Notes under the pieces: generated by a model | Seen by the model: only the letters and a program-made list of their open reading frames with translations | The model's database searches: none | What the model was told of the DNA's origin: nothing | Part shown: positions 33,523 to 43,870 of the stretch, one piece after another | Layout: every line of letters begins with the position of its first letter | How positions within the stretch are numbered: position 1 is the stretch's first letter | NCBI GenBank assembly: GCA_020184695.1 | Contig: JAANOX010000237.1 | Location: 1 to 64,000 of the forward strand | Length of the DNA: 64,000 nt | Source: Histomonas meleagridis 2922-C6/04-290x | Lineage: Eukaryota > Protista > Parabasalia | Direction: 5' to 3' | Position numbers and translations under genes: made by a program

Positions 33523-35934
33523 ATGCACTTCTTCCTTGCTCTCATGCTTTTTACAACATATTTTCACCACTCAATTCAAACATTTGACAAAGAAACTCAA
33601 ACGCTTACTATAACAAGTGCAGATGAATTCTCAACTAGGAATACATATAAAAATTTAACAAAAAGTCTCATAATTGAAGGAGGAATAACTACCATTGACC
33701 AAAGAGCATTTGCACAATGGAATTTACTTCTTTCTGTTATTATTACAGGTACAATTACATCAATTGGAGAAGGATCTTTTTATTTCTGCACTCAATTAAC
33801 AAATGTTACAGTATCAAATCAAGTCACAAATATCGGTTCATATGCATTTGATTCATGCTCTTTGACAAATGTTAATTTAGGAGAAAATATTTTAACAATA
33901 GGCATTTGTGCATTTTATCGCTGTACCAAATTAACAAAAATTAAACTTCCAAATTCTGTCAAAGAACTTAATGATTATTCATTTAATGGTTGTAAACTTT
34001 TAGAAACAATTATTCTTAGTGAAAACATCGAAAAAATTAATTCTGGAGTTTTTCTTCGATGTTATGAATTACGAAACATGACAATTCCATCCAAAGTTAC
34101 ATCCATTGGGACGTTTGCATTTGGTTATTGTTATAAATTATCATCACTAATCATTAATGATAATGTTGTTAATATTTCACTTTATTCATTTTATGAATGT
34201 CGAAATTTAACAAATGTAACAATCCCAAATTCAGTAATAAGTATTGGAAATTGGGGATTTTCTTTGTGTTCTGGGTTAAAAGCAATAACAATTGGTGAAA
34301 ATGTTAAAACAATTGGTACACATGCATTTGGCGATTGTTCTTTATTAACAAGTATAACAATTCCAAATAAAGTAATATCAATTGGAACATATATATTTGA
34401 AAGATGTTCTCTTTTATCTAATGTTAATATTGGCGATAGTTTATCAACAATTGGATTATATGCATTTCATTTATGTAAATCTCTTCAATCCATAAAAATA
34501 TTAGAGAACAATAAATATTTTACAAATCATAATAATGATGGAATAATTTATAACAAACAAATAACTAATGTTGTTTGTTGTCCATGTGGAATTACAAATA
34601 AAACAATTGTAATCCCATCAACAGTTATATCTATTGATATGTATTCATTTTATTTTTGTTTAACAATCGAAAATGTTATTATTGGTGAAAATGTTAAAAC
34701 AATTTGTGATGGTGCATTTGATTCATGTGATCAATTATTAAATATAACAATTCCAAACTCAGTAACGACAATTGGAAATAATGTTTTTTCCTCTTGTAGT
34801 AACTTACAATATATTAATATGGGAGAAAATGTTAAAACAATTGGTAATCTTACATTCAAAGGATGTTATCAATTAACATCAATTGTTATACCAAACTCAG
34901 TTAAAGTTATTGGATCGAATTCATTCGAATCATGTCATGGATTAATGACAATTATTATTGGAGATAATGTCGAACAAATTGGTCATTCTTCATTTTGTTT
35001 TTGTTCGATGTTAACAAATATTACATTTCCTAATTCACTTAAAAGAATCGAATATTCGATGTTCGAATATTGTTATAGTTTAACAAAAATTATTATTGGT
35101 GAAAACATTGAGTCGATTGGTTCTGAAGCATTCTATGAATGTTATGCATTAACTAATTTTACTATTCCGAAATTAGTAACGAAAATCGAATATTCCGCAT
35201 TTTTTTCGTGTACAAGTTTAAAGGAAATTTATCTTAGCGAAAATGTTATCACAATTGAATTCGGTGTATTTCGTGATTGCTCTGGATTGGAAACTGTTTC
35301 TATTGGGAAAAATGTTGAAACAATTGGAAATTTTGCATTTTCTCATTGCTTTAATTTGAAATGTATTTATTTCCAAGGTAACACAGAGCCAAGTATTGGA
35401 CAACAAACATTTGCTGAAGTAAAAACATCAGTAATGACATTCCAATCATATCAAGGTAACACTTTCGGTTCATTAAATGTAATTAAAGGTGAAACAACTG
35501 AAGGATGTATACAAATGGCAACGCTTACATTCACACAATCAAATACATATACCTTTGATATTGGCGGATTATCACATTCGTTCACATTAACATGTGTTTA
35601 TTCATTAACAGAATCCGCTTTTTTATATACAACATTAACGAATTCTTTCGTTTCGACGATGATCGAATCTAATCCAACTTATGTACAAACAGAATCTTTG
35701 TCTTATTATTATTCTCTTTCGGGTTACTATTCGCTCTTTAGTTTTTATTCGGATATGTTCGTTCAAGGAGATACGGGAAATAATAATAAAACAACAATAA
35801 TCATCGTCTGCTCTGTGGTGGCAGCAGTGGTTGCTGCAGTAGTTGTAGTCGTACTGTTAATTTATATAAGAAAGAAGAGAAGAATGGATGGAGTGTTCAA
35901 AAACATATTAGAAAGTGAATCCCTATATGACTAA
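33523..35934 (+). CDS. BspA-like LRR surface protein (intact, 803 aa)
   Basis: Signal peptide, many TpLRR repeats, C-terminal TM helix IIIVCSVVAAVVAAVVVVVLLIYI followed by RKKRR. Confidence 0.92.
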   Translation: MHFFLALMLFTTYFHHSIQTFDKETQTLTITSADEFSTRNTYKNLTKSLIIEGGITTIDQRAFAQWNLLLSVIITGTITSIGEGSFYFCTQLTNVTVSNQVTNIGSYAFDSCSLTNVNLGENILTIGICAFYRCTKLTKIKLPNSVKELNDYSFNGCKLLETIILSENIEKINSGVFLRCYELRNMTIPSKVTSIGTFAFGYCYKLSSLIINDNVVNISLYSFYECRNLTNVTIPNSVISIGNWGFSLCSGLKAITIGENVKTIGTHAFGDCSLLTSITIPNKVISIGTYIFERCSLLSNVNIGDSLSTIGLYAFHLCKSLQSIKILENNKYFTNHNNDGIIYNKQITNVVCCPCGITNKTIVIPSTVISIDMYSFYFCLTIENVIIGENVKTICDGAFDSCDQLLNITIPNSVTTIGNNVFSSCSNLQYINMGENVKTIGNLTFKGCYQLTSIVIPNSVKVIGSNSFESCHGLMTIIIGDNVEQIGHSSFCFCSMLTNITFPNSLKRIEYSMFEYCYSLTKIIIGENIESIGSEAFYECYALTNFTIPKLVTKIEYSAFFSCTSLKEIYLSENVITIEFGVFRDCSGLETVSIGKNVETIGNFAFSHCFNLKCIYFQGNTEPSIGQQTFAEVKTSVMTFQSYQGNTFGSLNVIKGETTEGCIQMATLTFTQSNTYTFDIGGLSHSFTLTCVYSLTESAFLYTTLTNSFVSTMIESNPTYVQTESLSYYYSLSGYYSLFSFYSDMFVQGDTGNNNKTTIIIVCSVVAAVVAAVVVVVLLIYIRKKRRMDGVFKNILESESLYD

Positions 35935-36275
35935 ATACTGTGATATTATATTTTAATAAAAAATTGTTTTTATCTCTCTTCACATATTATTTTGCAGAAA
36001 TGTTTAATTAATATTATTTTTAATTGAAAGTGAATATTTAAAAAAAATTAAAAAGTTTTAAATATCAAAAACTGATATTGTATATAAAAAATTTACATTC
36101 CAATACCCTTACCAACTAATGTCTAGCCTTACTCCACAATAGCAAAGCCATCTAATTGAATTTAATAAAATTTTAAGTTTATTTCTTTTAATACTCAGTT
36201 GTTATCATATCTTTTTCTCATTACACATAAGCAAATCAAATTATGAATTTTTACATAAACAAAATTATTAATGTG

Positions 36276-37592
36276 TTAAATCATAGATAAGAACTCAGTT
36301 GATGGAATTGAATTATCCAACGACATATGAAATGATTTCAGCCCATTTGCTTTCCTCAACTTCATAAAATCTCCTACGAGTGGGTCAAACCCATAGTTTT
36401 CGATATCAACCGCCGTATAACCGGTTATAAACGGGTGCCGGAGTGCCTCATTTGCCGATGGCCTTTTTGAATGGTCAAACTGTAGCAGAGAGTGCACAAA
36501 ATCATTGAAACAAGAAACCGCTTTCAATTCTTCATCTGTTGTAATTTTACGATGCGACATAATGATTTGATCCAATTTGAACAAGTTTAACTGTTGAAAA
36601 ATCGAATGATACAAATGATTTTGAAGCAACACTTGCTTAGGGTCGATTTTCGTCACAAACCCATGCGGTTTCACGTCAAAATATTTCCACCAGTTTGGAG
36701 AAGATGAGATTAAATAACATGGAATTTCGCCAAGCAAAGCTACCATTGAATGGATAGAATCACTTTCATTTTCACTTGCAAAGATCGCAAAATCTAAAAA
36801 GAGCTCTGCTGCAATACATCCCGCGCTCCAAATGTCGATCTTCATATTGTACTCGAGGCCCATAATAACTTCTGGGCTTCGGTAGAAGCGCGATTGTATG
36901 CACTGGCCTTGTCCTCGTACAGATGTGCTTGCAGAACCAAAATCAATAAGACTAATTTCATCTGAATTTTCATTAAGATATAAAATGTTGTCTGGTTTGA
37001 CGTCACAATGAATAACACCACGCGAATGGATAAAGGAAAGCGCTTCAAGAAGTTGCGACATTATATTTCTGATTGATTTTAAAAGATCAAATACAGATTG
37101 ATTTTGACAAATCCCTTCAAAAAGGGATCTGGATAAAAGAGGCATAACTATACAGACATGCTTTTCGACTTCAAATGTCGAAATTGGAATAACAATGTGT
37201 TTTTTGCCAGGATGAAATGGAGATGTTGCAAGATGTTTAAGAATCATTATTTCGGTAATACCTGTAGCTCTGTATTGAGGCAAATTTTTTATGATCTTTA
37301 AAGCTGTGAAAACATTGTTTCTGTTTAGCATTTGACATTTAAAAACATATGAAAATGTACCATTTCCTATAACATCAATAACACGAAATTGATTACCATG
37401 TTGATCTTCGAAAATTTCATTTACATAAACAACCTTATGATTTTCGTTTGATTCCAAATTTTCTGGATCATCACAATCCTCTGGAATATTTAAAGGTCTT
37501 CCGCAAAAATATTGTGTTGGAGGGTACTCTGTAGGATTTATTATATGGTATACATCTCCAAGGTTAATTGTAGCATTTAAAAGAAGGCACAT
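36276..37592 (-). CDS. DYRK-family (Yak1-like) CMGC kinase
   Basis: GNGTFSYVFKC, HCDVKPDN, IDFGSA and IQSRFYRSPEV. Likely ATG at 37592. Confidence 0.9.
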   Translation of the reverse strand: MCLLLNATINLGDVYHIINPTEYPPTQYFCGRPLNIPEDCDDPENLESNENHKVVYVNEIFEDQHGNQFRVIDVIGNGTFSYVFKCQMLNRNNVFTALKIIKNLPQYRATGITEIMILKHLATSPFHPGKKHIVIPISTFEVEKHVCIVMPLLSRSLFEGICQNQSVFDLLKSIRNIMSQLLEALSFIHSRGVIHCDVKPDNILYLNENSDEISLIDFGSASTSVRGQGQCIQSRFYRSPEVIMGLEYNMKIDIWSAGCIAAELFLDFAIFASENESDSIHSMVALLGEIPCYLISSSPNWWKYFDVKPHGFVTKIDPKQVLLQNHLYHSIFQQLNLFKLDQIIMSHRKITTDEELKAVSCFNDFVHSLLQFDHSKRPSANEALRHPFITGYTAVDIENYGFDPLVGDFMKLRKANGLKSFHMSLDNSIPSTEFLSMI

Positions 37593-37867
37593 TCTCTTTA
37601 CAGGTTCCGATTTAACTTTTGAATGGGATATTTGCAATAAACTATTAAAATTTTAATGGATTCAATCTGTTATAAACATTGTGAATATTCATAGAAGCAC
37701 TCAATTTATACGTCAAAAAGTTTCGTCGTAAAAACCCTCCGGACGTTTTGAGTAGAAAATTTGCAATCTAACAGTTTTTCTGAATTTTTAGTGAAGAAAT
37801 TTTGTTTTTGGTAAAATTGAGTCTTTGGTCACTTAACTTCCCTACAAAAAAAAAATACGACGAAAAG

Positions 37868-39745
37868 TTATATATCGTCATCCCATTCACATTCTTCATC
37901 AACTAGTGATGCTTTCATGGCGGTAATTCCAGATACATTTTCAAGAAAATCAGGTTCATTGATTGCACGCTCGATAAACTTGGACCCATCATTCAAATAC
38001 CCTTGGATAATAGGATCTGAACATCCAACGCAATGTGTGAACCTTTCTCCTTGCAATGGCATTATTTGCCAATTATTTAAGAAGCCAAGAATTTGATGTG
38101 GAACTTGTCCAAGAATTGATTCCCCATCTCCGTGAGCATCCTTTCCATCTTTATGTTGTGTTATTGCTGCCCATAATTCAACACCTATTGATGATGCAAG
38201 TGGTGCAATTCCTGGACGAGTAACTGTGCACTGCATGTCCAGTGTACGATTGCTCATTGTATCAACAGGTGCAATTACATCATTACAGAAATAACATCCG
38301 ACATGACGACTACCTGATCGTACAACAGAAAATGAGTCATATCCTAAAGCTATTGAAATGCAAAGCTTTCCTCTTGCTGCACATATTACTGTTGGAAGCC
38401 ATCTGCTTTCTCTTGTGTCTGTTAAAAGAAAAGTGACATCGTTTTTCTGAATAAGTGAATCAAGCTTGTCAATTGTGGCTTTCAATTTTTCTGAGCTTTC
38501 GGGTCCCATGCAGGGGTGCCCCGGCATGGGGATCTCGATTTCAAAGTGTTCTGCGGTTACATCAGGGCAAATTCTCTTAAGTTCTTCTGCAGCAGCTAGA
38601 GACTTTTGTTTCCCGCCGTTAAGGCAATCTTCGAAGCAAAACAATGGCTGTCTTGGTGGGTTTGAGAATGATACTTTACCATAATCAATTAATGAAAAAT
38701 TACGAACACCCCAACCAAGAAGATCTCGAGCAACATTACACCCAAGAGTACCACATCCAATTAGTAATACTTTTTGCTTTTGAATCTTATCTACATCAAG
38801 CTGAGGAGCCATTCTCCATTTCATTAGACGAAGATTCAAAGTTGAAGCAGACGTAAAGAGTGCCATTGGGTCCATTGTTGATGATAAATCAACAAAGAAT
38901 GGTTTTTTGTTGTTAAGTTTCCATCCAATAAATTTCGTTTCAGGAGATAAATGTTCAGTGACATTAACAGTGAATTTCATCGGTTTGTAGTTGAGCCTAA
39001 TGAGTTTGAATTGTTGTACATTATACGTTTGAGAAATTGCATATGATGCGATTTGAGCTGGCCAACCAAGAAGATCACTTGTTGATGGATCTATGATAAC
39101 AAACGTCGATTCTCCGGTTGCTTCTTTAAGGGGAATCACTTTTCCTTCATTATTGAGAGCAAATAACCAATTTGGAAATTCTGAAATCTCATCTGTAAAT
39201 TCAGCTGAATCAGATAAACTAATTCCGCCAATAGATGGTGTTGGGAATGCAAAGCAATAAATAAAATGCCATTTTTTAAGGTCTCCAAAAATTGTTAAAG
39301 CAGATTGTAATAATAACGATGGATTTTCAAGCCATTGCTTAGAAGCAATTGAGTCATATATTGAACTTCCAAGAGATTTTAGAATTGAAGTTCTATCTAA
39401 TGACTGAAATGTATTTTTTGTATTCAAAAGATGAATTTGAAGAGGGAAAGAAGCAGTATATTGCAAGAAATGAGTTGCTGTTGAGTTACTTTTTTCTTGA
39501 GAAAATGAGTCTTGATTTACAAATGCATAAGAAGAAACACTTGCATATTTTCCTGCTTGAAAGAATGCAGAAACACCAAATGGTGTTTCATCCAGCATCT
39601 TATCATTAATCTTTTTCTGTGCTAAGGTGTGCCAAAAAGAAGGCTCAATAATGGAATTAATTGGCTGAAATACTTTTTGCATTTGAAGAATGACTTCATT
39701 CCAACGGTTACAAACCGATACCGATTTCACGTAACATTTCATCAA
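37868..39745 (-). CDS. ATG7: Ubiquitin-like modifier-activating enzyme ATG7
   Basis: EPSFWHTL, GDLKKWHF, NLRLMKWR, GCGTLGCNVAR, GCYFCND and catalytic LDMQCTVTRPG. Start may be ATG 39682. Confidence 0.96.
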   Translation of the reverse strand: MMKCYVKSVSVCNRWNEVILQMQKVFQPINSIIEPSFWHTLAQKKINDKMLDETPFGVSAFFQAGKYASVSSYAFVNQDSFSQEKSNSTATHFLQYTASFPLQIHLLNTKNTFQSLDRTSILKSLGSSIYDSIASKQWLENPSLLLQSALTIFGDLKKWHFIYCFAFPTPSIGGISLSDSAEFTDEISEFPNWLFALNNEGKVIPLKEATGESTFVIIDPSTSDLLGWPAQIASYAISQTYNVQQFKLIRLNYKPMKFTVNVTEHLSPETKFIGWKLNNKKPFFVDLSSTMDPMALFTSASTLNLRLMKWRMAPQLDVDKIQKQKVLLIGCGTLGCNVARDLLGWGVRNFSLIDYGKVSFSNPPRQPLFCFEDCLNGGKQKSLAAAEELKRICPDVTAEHFEIEIPMPGHPCMGPESSEKLKATIDKLDSLIQKNDVTFLLTDTRESRWLPTVICAARGKLCISIALGYDSFSVVRSGSRHVGCYFCNDVIAPVDTMSNRTLDMQCTVTRPGIAPLASSIGVELWAAITQHKDGKDAHGDGESILGQVPHQILGFLNNWQIMPLQGERFTHCVGCSDPIIQGYLNDGSKFIERAINEPDFLENVSGITAMKASLVDEECEWDDDI

Positions 39746-39786
39746 AAAAATTTTTCAATTATCGAAACTTTCGAAATGTTTATTTA

Positions 39787-41397
39787 TTATAATATTATAT
39801 TATTTTCTTTTAAAGCATATTCTCTTACGTCAGGGTCAATGTCATTTTTCAACTTATCAATGATATCATTAAATTTTCTTGGCAAATATTTTGCTAATAT
39901 TAATCTCACGTTTGGGACTTTATCATTTGCCGCCTGATTAATGATGTTCAATCCTTTATCATCATAACATTCGATTTTAATTATCGCCATAATTGCAGTT
40001 TGTCTAATTTCATATTCATCAGAGCATGCGATTGATCCAATTATTGGGAAAATGACATCTTCTTTCCATTGGTTTCCATTTTTCTTTATTAAAGCAGGAA
40101 GATAATTCACCATTTCTAATCGAACAGCATAAGCGTCATCAAGTAACAATAACCTTACAATAGAGTTTAGAACAGTTACATTCCCAAACGCTTCTAAAGA
40201 ATGCACGAGATTTTGTTTCTCTCTCCATCCATAATTTGATCTTAAGTTACGAATAATTGCTGTTTCACATGAAATGTTTGAAGTCTTTGATGACTGTATT
40301 GCCGCCATTCGAACTTGTTGAGATTCGTCCGAAATTAATGTGCATATTCCATTAGTAACATATTCCATTCCAAGTAAATTAACAAACGACGGAAGATAAC
40401 TCGCTATTAATGTTCGACAATTATAATTCCGATCGTATATCAATTTATCAAATAATTTCCTGAGTTCGTCAATATTAACATTTTGTAAATTAGAAAAATA
40501 TTGAAGTTGTTCTGTTGCAGAAACACGAATTTCTTCGTCTTTGTTATTGGATAACATTGTGTTTATTAATGTTAATATGTTGTCTGTGGGTGGATTTGGA
40601 TATTTTAAATAGAGAGAAAACGTTTTGAGAGCAGAACAATTAAAACGAAAATTGGATGAGTTAAGAAATTGTTGACAATAACGAAGTGATGTTTCTAAAA
40701 ATGTGGTGTTCTGCGAAAATTTGGCAATGAATTCGGGAATAGCACAGATAACAGAGTTGGAATCAACACTAAAAAATTCTCGTATGACTTGAGAATAAAT
40801 CGGTTTCAAAATGTCAGGATTAAGTAAATCAATGTTATCCTCACATACCTTCATAAAGTCAATGTATACAGGATAATAAATATCGTTTTGCGTATGAATA
40901 TATTCTTTGACAACGAGAATTAATTTATTGAAATTTTCTTTTGTCATGTCATGACTAAAATTATAAAGAAGACAAAGACCCATAATGATATTGATCTCCC
41001 ATGTGTCATCAAAGAAATCTGATATAATTGTATGAAGAATATGATTTTTTTCATCAGGTGTTCTGTTTTTAAGAATTTCTGCTAAACACTTTTGAAATGA
41101 ATCTTTAAGAGGTTTAGATGTGTTCTCAACAAAGAACTTGATTTTGAATAAGAGAGACTCTAAATCATCAGTTGTATATTCAGTAAAATCAATCAATGAT
41201 ATATATTTTAACATTTTCTCAGAATACTCAACAGTTTTTGTGGAGTTTTCAATTATATATGGGATGAATTCGTAAATGGTTCGTTTAACGCCAAGTTTCT
41301 TACTGACTTCAGGTACTTTTGTAATAGCATTGAGACAAATTTTGGGATTTGGAGATATAATATTTTTAACGACTTTGAGAATCTCTTCTGTTCCCAT
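39787..41397 (-). CDS. HEAT-repeat protein, divergent PP2A scaffold (A) subunit-like
   Basis: KLGVKRTIYEFIPYI, YGWREK, LLLDDAYAVR, DKVPNVR and DIDPDVREYA. First ATG at 41397. Confidence 0.75.
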   Translation of the reverse strand: MGTEEILKVVKNIISPNPKICLNAITKVPEVSKKLGVKRTIYEFIPYIIENSTKTVEYSEKMLKYISLIDFTEYTTDDLESLLFKIKFFVENTSKPLKDSFQKCLAEILKNRTPDEKNHILHTIISDFFDDTWEINIIMGLCLLYNFSHDMTKENFNKLILVVKEYIHTQNDIYYPVYIDFMKVCEDNIDLLNPDILKPIYSQVIREFFSVDSNSVICAIPEFIAKFSQNTTFLETSLRYCQQFLNSSNFRFNCSALKTFSLYLKYPNPPTDNILTLINTMLSNNKDEEIRVSATEQLQYFSNLQNVNIDELRKLFDKLIYDRNYNCRTLIASYLPSFVNLLGMEYVTNGICTLISDESQQVRMAAIQSSKTSNISCETAIIRNLRSNYGWREKQNLVHSLEAFGNVTVLNSIVRLLLLDDAYAVRLEMVNYLPALIKKNGNQWKEDVIFPIIGSIACSDEYEIRQTAIMAIIKIECYDDKGLNIINQAANDKVPNVRLILAKYLPRKFNDIIDKLKNDIDPDVREYALKENNIIL

Positions 41398-41419
41398 TGT
41401 CTTCGGTTTACCATTTTTC

Positions 41420-42073
41420 AGGGCACCCTGAAAATCCTTGAAATCTTTTTTTTTAATGTTGCAATTGCAATTCGAAACCATTAAGCAAGTGTTAAAATTA
41501 AATGACAAAAGCTTCATCAAATGGGCCTCTGAGCAGGGAATCATTACTGATATCCACCAAAGCCAAATATGTCCGAAATGTCAATCGTTAATGAAAGTTT
41601 ATTTTCCACCAAGTTACCCTGATGGTGCTGCATATAGATGCTGCTCAAGTAAATGCAGAAATTCAAAATCAATCAGATTAGATTCATGAATATCACAATC
41701 AAAACTTTCTAATGAATTTTTATAAGAATTTGTTATAATAAAATATATATAATGTATAATAAAATTATTATAAATCTTTCCATGTTACATGATACAAAAC
41801 GAAATATTTATATTTTTTGTCGAATTTTTTTAAATTCAATATCAAGATTTGAATTGAAAACGATCGCTTCCAAAAATGGAAAGCACGTTAATGTCACTTT
41901 ATTTCGTTGATAAATCCGGATTGAAACTCAAGATGCATCAAAGTTAAACAATGCATCGCCGTTCGTTTGCATTATCAATTTTACACATTTAAAAAAAAGT
42001 TTATTTAATTTTCCATTTTTAATGAAAGAAAAATTTAATCATGGATAACCGCGAACGATACATGGGGTGCCCT
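41420..42073 (+). mobile_element. Merlin/IS1595 (ISXO2-like) DNA transposon remnant
   Basis: ORF 41456-41689 encodes CPKCQSLMK...PDGAAYRCCSSKC..SKSIRLDS*ISQSKLS (Zn-ribbon plus SIR.GSW...SKL-like motif, with W>TGA). It is flanked by the 9-bp inverted repeat AGGGCACCC (41420) / GGGTGCCCT (42065). No clear TSD. Confidence 0.55.
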
Positions 42074-42134
42074 TATCATCATTTTTAAAGAAAACTAATG
42101 AATATGTAGATAAATAGAGTGTTTAAAAATCATA

Positions 42135-42995
42135 TTAGTTGTTTTTAGATAGTTCCCAGTTGCAACCGTCCTTTTCGGACCATGTTGTAGTTGAACCATT
42201 TTTGTGACTCATAACAATAACTTTATCTACCATTGCAAAAGCAATGCCTTCAGCTGGGGAATCGAGGCTTAAAAATGTTGTCTCTATATTGTTTCCATTT
42301 ATCTTGAGAATGGAAGCAACATTATCATCGCCACATGTTGCAACCTTTTGGATACCAATTTGTGATATCTTTGGAGTGGACAATTGGCGAACCCATCCAT
42401 TGTGTACCTGAGCAGAACATGTAAATTCCCAATCTGAACCTGCTGATTTGAAAACTCGAATAACTCCATCAACTCCTCCAAGGATTAACGTATGAAGAGT
42501 ATCCAAATCAGATCCCCAAGTGATAGCACTTAAACCAAGAGGTGATGCAGGTACGACAATTGATTTCCATTTATTATCAACTCTTGTATAAACTGCAAAT
42601 GTTCCACAAAGAGAAGCAGCTGCAACAATACATTTCGAAGGATGGAATGCAACAGAAAGAATAGCGCCTCTTTGAGGTTCAAATCTTTGAATTTCACGAT
42701 TTGCTTGATAAAGACGAACGGTGCCATCTGCAAAACCGCATGCAAGAATTGGGCCATATGCATCTTGTGAATAGTCAATTGAATATGGAGTGGAATCAAG
42801 ATTTAAAATATCTGAGATTTTTTGAAGATTTTGTGAATTAAATATTGATATTGAACATGAATTTGTAGACACAGCAAAGTGATGACCATATTCATCGGAA
42901 TCAATTGATGTTATAACTGAATTATGTGTGGTTTCCATCAGGAAAAGGGGGTTGTCTTGACACTTTTCGGTTTGGCCAAAAAATCGTTTTAGCAA
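42135..42995 (-). CDS. SEC13: Sec13/Seh1-family WD40 protein
   Basis: HNSVITSIDSDEYGHHFAVS, YGPILACGFADG and HNGWVRQLSTP align with Sec13 motifs. Start may be ATG 42938. Confidence 0.65.
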   Translation of the reverse strand: MLKRFFGQTEKCQDNPLFLMETTHNSVITSIDSDEYGHHFAVSTNSCSISIFNSQNLQKISDILNLDSTPYSIDYSQDAYGPILACGFADGTVRLYQANREIQRFEPQRGAILSVAFHPSKCIVAAASLCGTFAVYTRVDNKWKSIVVPASPLGLSAITWGSDLDTLHTLILGGVDGVIRVFKSAGSDWEFTCSAQVHNGWVRQLSTPKISQIGIQKVATCGDDNVASILKINGNNIETTFLSLDSPAEGIAFAMVDKVIVMSHKNGSTTTWSEKDGCNWELSKNN

Positions 42996-43072
42996 TTAAA
43001 CCGATTTTTTTGAATTCTAAATGATCATTTATATTAGCAAATGTTATAATTCCTAGTTTAATTACAGTAAAC

Positions 43073-43620
43073 ATGAGTACTCATTTGAAGAGTTTTACAT
43101 TAAGGAACTTGATTAAAGCAATTGAAAAATATGATTATTGTACTACTTTAAGTAGTATAATATTGCCTGATTCCGTTAAAGATTTTGAAGAACACTCATT
43201 TTATAGTTGTTCATTATTAAAGACTATTTCATTAAGTAATGAAGACAATTTTGAAATATAGGTTTCTGAAGTGTTATGCATTTATTAACATTATACTTCC
43301 TGATTTAAAGACAGTAATTAATGAATATGCATTTGTAAGATGTGATAAATTAGAAGAAATTACACTTGAAATAATTATTGGTTATTTAGTATTTTATGAA
43401 TGCATTTCATTAAAATCGATTAAATTACCAAATTCAACACAACCATTAGGTAAAGAAACATTTAATAATTGTTTCAACTTACAAAAAGTAAAATTTAAAC
43501 ATTTTGGTAAGTATTTATTCTATGGATATAATAAGTTAACAAGTTTCGATGGAACTTATTTCACCGAAATCTAAGAATATACATTCGAAAACATTTCATT
43601 TAATACAATTTGAATTAAGT
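43073..43620 (+). pseudogene. Degraded BspA-like LRR remnant
   Basis: Fragments with LSSIILPDSVKDFEEHSFYSCSLLKTI and ECISLKSIKLPNS; multiple stops and frameshifts. Confidence 0.7.
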
Positions 43621-43870
43621 ATTATTCATTTAGTGAAACATAGAAGAGATTTTTGACATTTCATACCTGACTTAAAACTTTTCAGTACTTTGTTAATATT
43701 ATTTTTCAAAATAGAGATTTATTCCAATTCACATATATGTTCATTTTATAAATAATAAATTAAATAAGATTATTGCTAAAAATGAAATTTTTATTATTAT
43801 ATTTCCAATATCTCTCGATTGCTTTATTTTGATTGTTGTCTTAGAGATATCCAATTTATTTCATTTTATC

